Of a stretch of 64,000 nucleotides of DNA, positions 12,701 to 25,939 are shown in pieces. Each line of letters begins with the position of its first letter. Within the stretch, counting starts at the first letter, position 1. The position numbers were made by a program, and so were the translations under genes. Under the pieces are notes generated by a model, which saw only the letters and a program-made list of their open reading frames with translations, made no database searches and was not told the DNA's origin. This DNA comes from Cenococcum geophilum (Eukaryota): contig CP158636.1 in NCBI GenBank assembly GCA_050273025.1, positions 7,936,001-8,000,000 on the forward strand. The letters are read 5' to 3'.

Positions 12701-15700
12701 TTCCTAGTATTAGGCGGTAACAGAGAGATTAAATAAAGCCTTAGATTAATAGATAAAAGTAATATAAGCTCTATAAGCGCGTTACTCTATATATCCTTAC
12801 TTTAGGGAATTAATATTAATAACGTTAATCTTTTTACCTTAACCCTTCTGGCGCAAAGCAATGGAATCCTTATTTAGGGAGAGGATATATCTATTAAAGA
12901 GTAATAGTGTTATTAAGTTAAGCTTTTCCTTTAGCTTTATTATGAGATTTGCCTTTACTAGCTTATCCTCTTTAAGAGCTAAGAATTAGTTATTTCCTAA
13001 GATAATTATATTATTAGTTTATATACCAACGATTCTAAATAGGGTTCCTGTGGTTATAATAAGAAAGCAGGGATTAAATATAGAAGTAGTTATTAAAAGC
13101 TTCTCTTTATAGTGCTTGCTATAGGTAGCCTACTAGTAAGTTCCTACCTCTGCGATTCTATATAATGGCTTAAGCATAACTATAATCGTGTCTTTAGGAT
13201 ATTAGTGGCGAATTTACTCCGGAAGGTATACTAATATTAAGTACTAAAGGTGCGTCTCTAATTGGGTGTAGGCTTAAGTAATATCTTATAAATAAACTAC
13301 TATTCTATTCTTTATTAAGGAGGGAGCTAATATAATAATAACTTGCTAACTAGCTTGTTGAATTATAGGAGATTATATAAGAATTATCTCTTTACTATTA
13401 TTATTATAACCTTAGATAATAAGCCTTAATTTCTTAAATGGGGCGTTAGTAGCTTTACCCTTAATCTTATTAACCATTCTTAACTTAAAGATACGAACTC
13501 TATTAAACTTAGTAGGGTTATATTTCTTAAATTTAAAGACTCCTCTTGCGATAAGACCGTCGATCTCCTACTTATCGGATACTTAGAAAAGAGCTCCTAG
13601 GGTTATAATACAACCTTCCTTTTAGAGCTGTTTTGCGAGCTTAAAGTTAGCCTTCTCTTTAGCTGTTATAAAGGCCATTAATAACTTAACTTTATTTTTA
13701 ATGGCGGCAACAAATTATTCTTTAAAATTAATAAGGTGTTAGCAATTTCGTGATCCCTTTAGGCGACCTCTACCGCGTTATAGTTGTGGCGCATCTACTA
13801 TAATTATATTGGGATTGTAGTCGCCTTCTAGAGTATATTAATTGTGGTTTTCTTCTAGGGTATCTTTTAGGGCATCCTGTAAAGGCTTAGAATTGTTATC
13901 TTTATAGTAAGGCTTAATAACAGTTAAATGGAATTGGGTGGGTTTGTAAGGTATCTAAATAGTATAAGTTTAACTATTAATTATAATAAGTTAATATAGG
14001 CCTAACTATCCTCCCCTTTTACGCCATACGCGTACTTTAGACTAGAGTGGCAGATTAAGCGCAGTTAAGGTATTTAGGCCATTTCTTATTCTTAGTACGT
14101 TATTAACCTAGTATATAGCATAGAGGCGTTACACCTCCTTTATTGCCTTATAAATTACCTTAGCTTATTATATAACGGAGGGAGATAGTAGAGAATTATT
14201 AGTTATTTATGGGTGGGCGCTAAAGACTAGCAATGTAGGTATAAGTCTATTTGGGCCAGTGAAATTGTTAATAGCTTTAACAGCTATTTATAAGGTAAGT
14301 TCTTCGCTAGCGTCCTTTAGTTCTAAAGAGATAATCTTATATACGCGGCGTAATGGCGCGTAATATTACTCTACTTTTTTAATACTATTATATGCCTTAA
14401 CAGGGACTTCCTTAACCTTAATTGCTATTACCTTTATTTATTATTGGAACTCTATAAATAAGAAGTTCTTTCTTATATTATAGACGATTTAATTAGGGGG
14501 TCCTAGGTAGATATCAATCTAATATAACTAAAGAGTATTCTATACGTTCCTAGCTAATATATCCTTTAAGAATTGTGCGGCTTAGAAGGAGGTTAAAAAG
14601 TTAATAACTTGGAGTACTGGCTTACCGCTAAGGTATATAACGTTAACGATAATATAGAAGTTAAAGTTATAGTTATCTTTAAGGGTGAACTTAAATCGGC
14701 CAGGGGACCTCTAGTTTATTTAGTAGTAGTAGTAGTATTTTATAAGATGCTTAATTACTTTAACCTTAACTTTATAGCCTACTTACCAAAGAACCCTAAG
14801 TAATTGGTGAACTAATGGGTGACCAAAACGACGGTGTAGTTGGCGTAACTCTAACTTAGTTAAATGGCTCTAAGTAATACTTTTTTCTAGTTATTAAAGG
14901 AGCAGCTAAGGGTAACCCTACTTACGTATAATAGGCATCCAATTATCTCCCTATACAAGTATATTCTTAAGGTTATTAAGCTTAACGCCTAGTTTATCTA
15001 TATCTCTAATGCAAAATAGAAACGGGGTATTTGTGGAAACAACGTAAAAAGTGATATACCCTAAGGGGGTTTAAACCTTAATTATACTAAGAGAGATTAT
15101 AGTACCTTTGCTAAAATAAATTGTGTGTTAGCCTATCGTTAAATGGTTAATCTAAATAGAGCTATTAAGCTGCTAAAGGGCTTAAACTTAAGGTTCTCCT
15201 GCTATAGATACTCCTGCGGCTCTAGTATCTAGTATAATACTATAGAAGACGTTTACCGAGTATCTATTATTAAAGGAAAACGCGGAGCTTTCCTTTAGCT
15301 CGTTAAAGATATTTAACTTTATAATAAAATAGAGTGTAGATTAGTTATTAAGAATAGCAACGGTTTATATGCTATTTACCTTACTATACTTAGTAAAGTA
15401 TTGGTTAGGTAAGTAGTCCTTAATTTCCATATCTATAAGGAGCTATTTAGTCTTATTAACCTTACCCTTAAGGTCTTCTACGCCTTCGTATTAAACTAGG
15501 AAGCTTTAAAAGTAGGCCATAGTGACCTTATAATTTTTAACGTTTCTTACACTCTAATAGAACTTATTATATACCTCTTTTCGCTTATTAAGGGAGTATC
15601 TAGTTAACTAGCAATTTAGCTTCTTACAAATATAGCACTTCTTTTAGCGATTACTTCGAAATAAACCTCTATAAGGACCTCCATAATTACCTCATAGTTG

Positions 15701-16582
15701 ATATTAATTATACCCTTTGCTATATTCCCTACCACGGCCGCCATATATTTGATTAGTCTAGTTATAATTATATTAGTTAGAAACGCTTAGTTAGGTAGGA
15801 TTTTTAGTATAGAGCTATTAAGATTCTTATGTTTGCATTATAGTACCTACAGCAGAGCGTAGCTTAGCATATACTCCTTTAAACGTATCTATAGGTTTAT
15901 ATAGCGCCAAATTACACTTAGGAACGCTACGGCATGCTAAAATAACCTAGTCCCTTAGGCTGTTCTTATTTTAGTAAGTTTTGGTAAAGCTATATTAGAT
16001 TTTCTAGAGTTTATTAAAGAGTAGTTAAAGGCACTCTAAATAAGTCTTTATTAGGTTAGAAGCAATAACTCTCTAGAATATAGTCTCCCGCTATTTAGAC
16101 ATATAAAGTTAGCAATTCTTATTAGTCTTAAAGTGGGCTCTAGTGAGCTAAAGTATTATATTAAAGTTATAGTTTTTACCTATAATATAGTTATAATAGA
16201 ATATTACCGCCCGTCCTTTTAATATAATAGAGAAAGCGTAGTAGTACTAGTGGCGTTAAATTCTAACTTTATTACAACAGTTATAAAAGACCTATAGTTT
16301 TACTCTAAGTATATCGTATAGTTCTCCTTTAAACTTCTTCTCTTCGTCCAAATATACCTTTATTAGATTCGTAACTTTTTATAGTAAAGGGTTACCGGTT
16401 AGCTGGAGTAGAGAAGCTAGAGGCAGCGGAGGTAGAGAAAGAGTAGCTTTTGGTAGGAGAGCACCTTTAGGTGGGAGAGCACCTTTAGGTGGAAGAGTAG
16501 CGTTCTAGGGGTTTCGTTCTAAATTAAAGTTGCCTTCTAAAGAATATAGGTTGGTTTTAGGTTTCTATAGTTAACGTATAAT

Positions 16583-18105
16583 TGTCACAGCGACTCAGTC
16601 AATCGAGGCACGGGCGCCGTAGAACGTATGCAAGCCTGTACAATTGGTAGTCTATTGACCCGGATATCAAGATGAGGAGCAGAAGAAGGTCGTGGAAAGG
16701 ACACGTCTATATACATGGAGCCAAGACGTAAGCGAACCCCCCTGACTAGGCCTTATCCAGGTTACGCGCATCAGTGCCGTAACATTACCCCCCCCTTCAA
16801 AAAAGCTTGCCCTCAAGCTTTATCCTTAGGTGCTTGTCCTCTACCTCTTATACAGTTATAGTTATTTGCTGCAGGTGGGGCAGCAGTAGTCGATGAGATG
16901 CTGCAGGCAGGAGCAGCGGATGTCGAATTAAGGTCAAGCTGCAGGCGTAGCAGCAGCTGTCGGTTGTAATACTGCGGGCGGGAGCAGTAGAAGTCAAATT
17001 AAGGTTTAGCTGCAGGCAGGAGCAGCTGTGTTCGGGTAGTAGTACGGTACTAGCGGCGGTAACGATAGTGGTCGAGCATAGAGCTCGTCTATCGGTTGTC
17101 TTGTAATAGCAGGTCGAACGTAGAGCTCGAGCTATCGATTGGTTTGTAGCAGTACGATGCAAGCGGAAGTCGTGGATCGCAGGCGTATCGGCACGATCAA
17201 TAGTCGGTCGATAGTTTGTGGTAGTAGGCGTATCGGCACTACCGTAGGTCTATAGGACTATAGGCAGAGCGGCATAGTCGGTGGTCGGTAGCAGAGTGAT
17301 GCCAGCGTTGATAGTCCTAGTGATTTTGTTCTCGAAGCTCGTACAACTCAGTATCAGTCGGGGTCATTCTTCGCAGCCAGTGTATAGCACTAGTCTCAGT
17401 ATCAACCGATTTCGTTCCTCACAGTATACGTGGCTTAGTATCAGTCAAAAAGGACTATTTAGGTAGCAGTACGGTGCAAGCGTCCAGACGTACGGTCGGT
17501 CGGTCGATCGATCGATCGGTAGGTAGGTAGGTGTACGCGTTCGGTTGACGGATGTACGCGTCAGTCAGTCGGTCGGTCGGTCAACGAGCTCGTACGGTCG
17601 GAAAGAATTACCGTCTAGCGGGGAGAATTAAATAGAAGAATCGAAATAAAACAAAAAGAAACATGAGGGTGCCTGCGCGGTGTAGGGACTAAGCTTCTCG
17701 CAACCCAGCCACCACAGGACTTTGGTCCTTGCTTTGTCTCAGAGTATACATCTCCTGCCTTCTTTGTTATAGAAGTTAGGCTCTCCTTCCTTCCTTTGCC
17801 TGCTAGTATGTAGGGCTCCGTCACCCATCAACTACCCTAGGCCACAGGGCTTCTTTAACCTAGGATACAACAGCCTGCGATCGGTTGAGGGATCTTAATA
17901 TAATGTTACAGCGACTCAGTCAATCGAGGCACGGGCGCCGTAGAACGTATGCAAGCCTGTACAATTGGTAGTCTATTGACCCGGATATCAAGATGAGGAG
18001 CAGAAAAAGGTCGTGGAAAGGACACGTCTATATACATAGAGCCAAGACGTAAGCGAACCCCCCTGACTAGGCCTTATCCAGGTTACGCGCGTCAATGCCG
18101 TAACA
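16583..18105 (-). mobile_element. Small non-autonomous LTR retroelement (TRIM/LARD-like), no recognisable coding capacity
   Basis: Near-identical ~202-bp LTRs at 16583-16784 and 17904-18105 (TG...CA). TSD ATAAT. C-tract (reverse-strand PPT) at 16785-16797. The empty site is visible in Copia copy 3 at ~32386. Confidence 0.9.
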
Positions 18106-19051
18106 ATAATCTTAGCTTCTATCTATACTAGTTCTTCTATACTAGTAATAACGGCCTAAATATTACTAGTAATTGGGTTACTATTCTTAGTAACGTATAC
18201 CCCGTTCCTACAGAGGAAGTCTTAAAAATCCTAAACAATATCAACATTACTAAGTACCTAGGTGTTAGCGGTCTATCCTACGAAATCCTCCCTAAAATAT
18301 TCCTATAGCTGTACATTGGCGTAGTATCTACTTTAGTAGAACATAATACGGTATAGAAGAAAGCTATTAACTTATTTTATAGTATAAGTTATTATATTAA
18401 AGGTAAATTTATCCTAATTTTTATTAATAAGTTTCGCGTACGAAGCTACCCCTAGTGGTAAGGAGTCTTCCCAGTCGTTTAAAGTAGGCGTAGCCATGTT
18501 TTTAGAGGGAGGGAAGTGTTATTAGTATAGGGATTATCGTTTGGTACGCGTTCGTAATATATATTTATCATTTAGTATGCGTTTATCGTTTAGTACGCGT
18601 TCGGACGTGTATTTGCGATTATAGGGCTTAGGACTAGTTCTGGCCTTAAATCGCGAAGACTCGTAAAGCGTATTATTCTGCGTAATAGACGTAAAAATCT
18701 ATAATCTTAGAAAGGCTTAGGACCAGTTCTAGCCTTTAGATTCTTAGATTCGTGGAAGAGTTCTATTTAAGGTTTAGGACCAGTTCTAACCTTAAAAAAC
18801 AGCTCCCTTTAGCACGAGTAGCACTAGTACAGTAGCTTGTCTCTTCTTGGTGGAATACCTAGCTGCTCTATAGTATAACAGTAAAGTTAACCACTAATCA
18901 GTATTGGTTACATAAGGGGGATATTACGTAGCTACGGTTCGTAGATAGTATAATAATTGTTCTATTGTTTTGATTAATGAAAGGGGTAAGGAACTTAAGG
19001 TTCCTCACCACGCTAGTGCCGCGGCGGCACGTGATGGCAACTTGCCGTACG

Positions 19052-21398
19052 TAGGGTTGCGATCCGTCCGAAATGTAAATCCTAATCTAACCGGATTCGG
19101 AATGTCCGGATCCTGACCGAAATTCTAAGCCGGATCCTCTATATTTTAAAGGCCTAGATTTTAATAATTCTCCGGGTTTTATATAGGAAATTTTGGAGAT
19201 AATATCACGATGTATAACGTTAGGCGATTATAGAATTTTATTAAGCTAGTAGTGTTATATAGAGGCTTTAAATCGGCCGGCCTCCTAGTTTAAAAGCTGC
19301 TGAATTATAATTAACTCCCGCTGTAAAGCCGGGTTCTCTATATAACCCTCCCCTACTTCTACCGCCTTATCTTCCACTTCTATAAGCTCTTTGGGTGTTG
19401 CGTTTCGTCGTAGGATTTAGTTAAGGACTCGTTCGTTAATGTATATATATTATAGCATGTTGACGTGCTACGGCGTCAGCTGGGCTCGAAACTTATTTAT
19501 TAGTAGCTTTAGAATACTAAAAGAATATTCTGATGGCACTAAATTGGCAGGCGTACGAGTAACTCGTAAAGCTAGAGGGCTAAGCTTAGGGTAGGAAGCT
19601 TAAATATACTCCCAAAAGATCTCCTTCCTTTTAGCATACTGCCAAACTGGAAGGCCTCTATTAAAGCAACCCTCCTTCCTCCAGAACTCGTTAAATTGCT
19701 CCATTACGGCAACGTAATTAACTCTCTGCTTTACGAAGAAGTAGTATAGTATGTTCCTCTACTACGGCTTAGTATAATAAGGCAAATCGACGTCGCCGGC
19801 GTGGCGTGGATTAAGAAGGTAGGCAACGATGTGGAGGTCCTTAATTTAAGTCTTGTATCGTGGTTTAAATGTGCGATTAATAATATAAGCTATATTAGTA
19901 TTTTTGAGGGCTTCCGGCGACTTTAAGAGTTTAATTAAATAATTCCTAATATTCCTCTAGCGAGGAATTACGTCACCTATCGTGGTTCCATCAGATTCGC
20001 TTATCTTAATGGCGTTGTCGATAGGCGCGAGTAATCTGCATAGGAATTGAAGCCTTTGCCAAAAGCCCTTATCCCATACTAAGGTGTTAAGCTTCTTAAT
20101 CGCTAAGTCCTTTTTATTCATATCTTCGAGAGCTGTCGTTTAATTAAGGAAGAACTTCTGCAGGGCTGCCTGTTTCTTATTGACGCTTCTTACCATCGCG
20201 AGCTGAGTACCCCATCTAGTGATGCACGATAGAACGAAGGCTGTCGCCTTACCGTTGGTTTCTATCATGCATTTACGTAGAGCTCCGAGTTGCTTTGGTG
20301 ACGCCTAAAATGCGGTAACAATTGATTGAGCTTCACTTGCCGTCTGCTCGAAGTAGATAACTTCCTAAATAATATCTTTTACCAGAAGCTGCAGGCCGTG
20401 ACTATCGTAAGGTATGAAGAAGACGTGAGCCAGGCGAGGATCTTTCGCAGCTTCCTTCTAAGCACTCCTCATCGTATTACAAGTGTCCGTCGCCCACGAA
20501 TTAAGTCGCGATAGATTGTTATTAGTGAGCTTAGTGGCCTCGTTAATCAGCCAATCTGCCGTCCACTTCGCACTAACTGTTTGTTTGGATAAGACTTCTA
20601 ACTTAATATAAAAGGCGCCAAAGCTAGGTACGCTTGCGTAGAGGTTCTGTACTCGTTGCTTTCTGATATTTATTAACTCGTCGGTTACTAAATTAAGTGA
20701 GGTGCTGGCAGAAATATGAGGGAGGACGCTGCTATAGACAGTCTTGTAGCAATCTGCTTATAAGTTAGTATACTATTTTCTATGGTTATTACTAGGAAAG
20801 TAGTATATTTACCTATAAGTAGGACGCCTGTAAGGTCCTTGCGATTAGGAAGAGTTAACCCTGGATGCGTGGCTTTGATGGCGGCTCTTATATATTCCTA
20901 TTGGTAGTGGTTAAACGGTAGGCCTCCTATATATACTGCTATAGCATATTTAAGTTATAAGGCCTTATAAGTAATAGGTTTAAGTGCTGGAACAGTAATC
21001 TAACTTTGTTTTAGCTGTAGTTTAGTTAAATCCTTTGCAAATAGTGAGGCTTTGTATTTCTCGCAGCTAGACAGGTGAGCACGCAGTAGGTTAGTTTTCC
21101 ACGATTGTTCGTAGCCGCAATGGGTGCATTGGGCTTGCTCAGTCTTCGCACCATCCTTCCTGAACTTCCGGAAGGCGGCTGCGACATTAAGATCCTTATT
21201 TCTACCACGCTTAGTAGATATATTGGTGGTAGTAGAGCTTTTAAATTGTAAGGAAGATGACGATATAGTTTTAGTGGGGGGCCGTGCGGATAACTTAAAT
21301 TAAGGTTACACCAATGAGAGGCCTAGGATTTTAAAAGACGCTAGTGACTGTCCGAAACCTGACCGTAATTAATTCGGACATCCGCAAATCCACCCCTA
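19052..21398 (-). mobile_element. hAT DNA transposon (degenerate transposase) inserted in the Copia-2 5' LTR
   Basis: 8-bp TSD GCCGTACG at 19044-51 and 21399-406. TAGGG...CCCTA ends. Minus-strand motifs [C]DSHGLQLLVKDI (~20370-410), ITRWGTQLAMVR (~20190-225) and PAN[S]VPSE[R]SFS (~19515-555). Confidence 0.9.
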
Positions 21399-22891
21399 GC
21401 CGTACGTAACGGCAACTTACTATACGTGACGGCAATATGCCTTATATGGTAACCATTTGCCTTTATTCCCAACAATAAGACTTTATTATTAAGTTGCTAA
21501 AGTTAAGAGATCCTATTACTAGACAAGATTATAACGCGATCTTAGTAATAGTAGATAAGCTTATAAAGTAGTGATACTTTATAGCATGCACAGAAGAGAT
21601 ATTAGCGGAAGATGTCGCTAGAATTTATATTAAAGAAGTATTTATAAGACATAGAGCACTAAGTAAGATTATATTAGATAGAGATCTAAGATTTATAGTA
21701 ATATTCTAGAAAGTATTCTTAGTAGAGTAAGGAGTTAGAGTAGTAACTTTTACTGTATACTATCTATAGACAGACGGTTAAATAGAAAGATTAAATTAGA
21801 TACTAGAGCAGTATCTAAGGTATTATATTAATCACGCATAGAATAATTAGGTATCGCTATTACTAGTTATATAGTTTACATACAATATAACACCTTAAGA
21901 AGGAATAGGTATATTACTATTTAAGGCAAATTATGGGTATAAGCTAAGAACATCGTTGTTACTATAATAAGTAAAGAAAACGAGTAGCACAGCTAAAGAA
22001 AGAATAAAGACACTAATAAATCTTTATATAGACCCTATAGAATTAGCAAAGAAGGTATAAGAGAAAATGAAAAAGTACTATAACGCTAAGAGATCTAAGG
22101 GACTAGATCTTAAGGAGGGAGATAAAGTATAGCTACTATACAAAAATTTCAAGAGTTGATAACTAAGTAAGAAGTTAGACTACGTTAGACTAGGACCTTT
22201 TAAAATTATATAAAGGATTTTACTGGTTACGTTTAAGTTAAACCTACTAGCCAAAATAAAGATCTACTCTATACAGTATATCGCAATGCTAGAGCTAGTA
22301 TATAGGAATATTAAGCTATTAGTTTACAAAGTAGACACGTATAGAGGATAAGAAGAAGATAAATAGCAAGTTTTAAAGATTGTTAGTTATAAGGACATTA
22401 ATAATAAAACATAGTACGAGGTTAAGTAGATAGGCTATAATAAGACTACCTAGGAACCACTAGAAAATCTAAAAAAACGCTATAGAAAAGGTATAGGAGT
22501 ATTAGAAGAGATTAGGTTAGGCAGTATTTAAAAAAAAATTATAAAAAAATAAGTTACCTAAAGGGGACCTAGGAAGAGTAGTTGCCGAACTACTTAAATC
22601 TATTTCCTTCTCTATTAGAAGAAAATCCGTTTTTTTATCGCCAAGTTTTTATAACCCTTATTTTATAAGTTTCTACTTCTTAGAACAAACCTTCTTATAA
22701 ACCTTCTTAAGACGGATTAACTAAGCAGATGTAGCAAGATGGGAATTAAGGGCTCTTTGCTAAGCTTTAGCAGCCTTATATTCCGCGTTATAAAAACGGT
22801 ATAGTTTTGCCAGAGTAATAGACAGTTTATTATCTAGCCGCGTAGCAGTAGATTAAATATAAGACCCTAAAATAAATTAATTAGGGAACTA

Positions 22892-24444
22892 CGTCAGGAA
22901 AAAATTTACCAGCATCTGATTTTACTTTTTTGCCATTTCAGCATTTTCTAGCATTTCTAGCATTTTCTAGCATTTAGCAGCTAAATGCGGCATTTATTAC
23001 TAAGTACTAGCATTTAGCGCCAAATGCCGCATTTATAATTGAGTATTAGCATTTAGCTGCATTTATAATTAAGTATTAGCATTTAGCTGCATTTATTACT
23101 AAGTACCAGCATTTAGCCGCCAAATGCTGCATTTATAATTAAATATTAGCATTTAGCTGCTAAATGCTAGAAAATGCTAAAATGGCAGAAAAGTAAAATT
23201 AAATGCTGTATAAAGCTCTGCACGAAGTTCTATATAAAGCTCTACACAAAGCTCTACACGAAGTTCTACACGAAGTTCTACACGAAGTTCTGCACGAAGC
23301 TTTGCACGAAGCTCTGCACGAAGTTCTACACAAAGTTCTACACGAAGTTCTGCACGAAGCTCTGCACGAAGTTCTGCACGAAGCTCTGCACGAAGCTCTG
23401 CACGAAGTTCTACACGAAGTTCTGCACGAAGCTCTGCACGAAGTTCTACACGAAGTTCTACACGAAGTTCTGCACGAAGCTCTGCACGAAGCTCTGCACG
23501 AAGTTCTACACGAAGTTCTGCACGAAGCTCTGCACGAAGCTCTACACAAAGCTCTGCACGAAGCCCTACACGAAGCTCTACACAAAGCTCTGCACGAAGC
23601 CCTACACGAAGCTCTACACGAAGTTCTGCACGAAGTTCTGCACGAAGCTCTGCACGAAGCTCTACACGAAGCTCTGCACGAAGCTCTACACGAAGCTCTG
23701 CACGAAGCTCTACGCGAAGCTCTGCACGAAGCTCTACGCGAAGCTCTGCACGAAGCTCTACACAAGGCTCTACATAAAGCTCTGCGTACAGAGGCTCTGC
23801 ACAAGGCTCTGCGCGAAGCTCTGCGTACGGAGGCTCTACACGAAGCTCCGCATCGGGTCCCCGCTATATTCCCGATAGCCTCTACACGTGCCTCTGCCAA
23901 GTATACCCCCTATATACACCTAGGTAGCCACCTCATTTTTTACCCTTCCTTACATCCTCCCTACCTAGGAAGACACCAGAACGACAGCCAGCAGACGACC
24001 GTCGCCGGAGCTAGACGACCGTCAGAGCCAGACGACCGTCGTCAGAGCTAGACGACCGTCGCCGGAGCCAGATGACCGTCGCCAGAGCTGGACGATCGTC
24101 GTCAGAGCCAGACGACCGTCGTTAGAGCCAGATAACCGTCGTCAGAGCCAGACGACCGTCGCCGGAGCCAGATGACCGTCGCCAGAGCTAGACGACCGTC
24201 AGAGCCAGACGACCGTCGTCAGAGCTAGACGACCGTCGCCGGAGCCAGATGACCGTCGCCAGAGCTGGACGACCGTCAGAGCCAGACGACCGTCGCCAGA
24301 GCTAGACGACCGTCGTCATCGCCACACGACCGTCGCCAGAGCCACACGACAACCGTTCGAACGACCAGCCAGCGAACACGATAAACGATTCGATCGATCG
24401 ATCGAATCAAGGTAACATAGACGGGTAGGCATAGATGGGTGGGT

Positions 24445-24481
<37 letters not shown>

Positions 24482-25146
24482 TAGACAGACAGACGGGCGG
24501 ACGGGTAGGCAAGCAGGCAGGCAGGCAGGCGGGTAGGCAGGTAGGCAGGTAGGTAGGTAAACAGGCAGGCAGGCAGGCAGGCAGGCAGGTAGGCAGGTAG
24601 GTAGGTAGGCAGGCAGGTAGGTCGGTAGGTAGGTCGGTAGGTAGGCAGGTAAAAGAGAACCGTCGCTATATATTAAATTATCTAAAATAATATAATTTTG
24701 CACCAACTATATAAACTAAGCAAATACTATTAAGTGTGTAGGAAGAGCAAGATATATAGAATACGCGAGGAGGGCATTATATATTAATTGCGCATTAAGT
24801 GCAAAATGCGCAATTAGCTGCACCGCATTGTTAAATACGGCAGTTAGCTGCACTGCGTTGTTAAATACAGTAGTATACGGCAGTGTATTGTTAAATACAG
24901 CAGTATACGGCAGTGCGTTGTTAAATACAGCAGTATATAGCAGTGCGTTGTTAAATATAGCAGTATGCGGCAGTATGCTGCATCGCATTATTAAATATAG
25001 CAGTATGCCGCACCGCATTATTGAATACGGCAGTATGCCGCACCTTAGTCGATACTATACGCTACACGTTATAGTGCGCGGAATGCGCATTTGGCCGCCA
25101 AATGCTGCCAAATGCTGTAAAAATGCTGGTAAATTTTTTCCTAACG
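22892..25146. mobile_element. Non-autonomous TIR DNA element B carrying the same repeat core as element A (inverted), 2-bp TSD (TA)
   Basis: TIR CGTCAGGAAAAAATTTACCAGCAT / ATGCTGGTAAATTTTTTCCTAACG, flanked by TA on both sides. Contains the 12-bp (23205-23850), 20-bp (23990-24345), microsatellite (24420-24650) and ~30-bp (24825-25040) arrays. Confidence 0.85.
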
Positions 25147-25939
25147 TAGACGACTATTAAGGACAATAGGTTACGTATATTTAGCATTAGAGGTAGAGTA
25201 AACGTTATAGGACGAATAAATATTCGCTTTAGTACACTCTAAGTAAAAGGACGGTTATTACAAAGATAGGTTCGCCAATATAATACAAACTAACCCCTCT
25301 TTCGAATAACAAGAATATAGAGACGGCATAATCTTACTAAGAGACAGTATTATAGTAACAGTGTGAGCACGACGTTAGGCGTATAAAGAAGAAATTGCTT
25401 TAGGTATAATAAGCAACAATATTAACCAAATTAATTAGACGGATATTATACCTCTAGTAAACGATTTAGAGATATTTTAAATCTTTAAGGACAAAGATAA
25501 AGAGGAGGGAGATGGTATTACGGACGCTTTAAGTATAATGTTATAACTACTAGGAGAGGAGTTAGAAGAAGCTAGTTAGTTAATTTAGGTACGGTCTAGG
25601 ATAGAGCCAATAGAACTATGTAATGAGGAATAGTAACTAAGGTTATATAATATGCTACGTATTAAACGAGAGGAATAAGAGGAACTTAATGTACCTTGTG
25701 TATAAGACGTATATTACGTACAAAAAGGATTTTATAGGAGTACGGTTATATATTTAAGGACCCTTAGTCCCTACCTAGATAGTTCCTTCCTTATAGTAAT
25801 TTTTAGAATATAATTAAAGTTAATCTGTTGGGCAACCACTCCACTAGTTGTTATTACGTTGTTAACTTTAACTTACTTCACCTATATACCTAGCCCATTA
25901 ACAAGCCTATCGTAGTTCTTACTATAAGGTTCCGTTACA

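Larger units (their letters stand above)
11489..21474 (-). mobile_element. Ty1/Copia copy 2, full length, RIP-inactivated, inserted in the Gypsy integrase
   Basis: LTRs at 11489-11706 and 18902-21474 (the second split by a hAT element). 5-bp TSD ATAAG at 11484-88 and 21475-79. Minus-strand RT motif PLYGIAEAGTHWWA-like at ~13130-13170. Host integrase (..DFITKLP-like) resumes at 21480. Confidence 0.92.
3909..25939 (+). mobile_element. Ty3/Gypsy chromovirus LTR retrotransposon, RIP-inactivated, carrying several nested insertions
   Basis: 3909-3977 matches the end of the 3' LTR (25516-25939), which is preceded by the PPT GAGGAGGGAGATGG. Degenerate domains in order: gag from ATG ~4023, CCHC knuckle ~5030, protease (LIDSGA-like) ~7060, RT ~9780-10400 (YLNN from YLDD ~10220), RNase H ~10650-10900, integrase ~11290-11488 plus 21480-21950, chromodomain ~22360-22510 (YEVKW..Y...TWEPLENL-like). 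Confidence 0.9.
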
